Shown: in pieces, positions 16,866 to 16,923 of the stretch | Layout of the letters: each line of letters begins with the position of its first letter | Numbering within the stretch: position 1 is the first letter of the stretch | Assembly (NCBI GenBank): GCA_964590575.1 | Contig: CAZPWM010000069.1 | Coordinates: 1-16,923, forward strand | Direction: 5' to 3' | Source of the DNA: an uncultured archaeon | Lineage (GTDB): Archaea; Asgardarchaeota; Thorarchaeia; Thorarchaeales; Thorarchaeaceae | DNA length: 16,923 nucleotides | Made by a program: the position numbers and the translations under genes | Notes under the pieces: model-generated | What the model saw: the letters and a program-made list of their open reading frames with translations, nothing else | Database searches by the model: none | What the model was told of the DNA's origin: nothing

Positions 16866-16922
16866 CTATTGCTTCCTTTTTATGTCGTATTCTTTTAGAA
16901 CAAGCACTCTATACAAGGAGTG
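16866..16922 (-). CDS. possible 3' end of a convergent gene (HSLYRVLVLKEYDIKRKQ*)
   Basis: Minus-strand frame is open from the window edge to TAG at 16866-16868. Too short to assign. Confidence 0.3.
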   Translation of the reverse strand, partial: HSLYRVLVLKEYDIKRKQ

Positions 16923-16923
16923 G

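Overview
Archaeal accessory region; tRNA style, TATA/BRE and GGTGA signals and gene content suggest an Asgard/Thorarchaeota-like host (inference). Left half: five degenerate tRNA 3'-end copies (T-loop TTCAA + acceptor 3' strand CTGGCCC + RCCA, all on the - strand, at about 160, 657, 1627, 2462 and 6673) divide the DNA into cassette-like units. Three units hold one gene each (thioredoxin-like protein, CPBP/CAAX-family membrane protein, YjhP-like SAM methyltransferase). The fourth is a 4.2-kb AT-rich block with AbiTii- and HEPN-type putative defence genes. A frameshifted PIN-like remnant, a TM-wHTH-HEPN gene, a wHTH gene and an intact tRNA-Lys(CTT) follow. Right half: a 716-aa TnpB/Cas12-like RuvC nuclease with an intact D-E-D triad converges on the tRNA 3' end and is divergently paired with an 1801-aa protein carrying a RecB/Cas4-like PD-(D/E)XK nuclease and a degenerate RecA/KaiC-like domain. 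No integrase, TnpA, cas1/cas2 or CRISPR array is visible. All calls are by eye, with no database searches.
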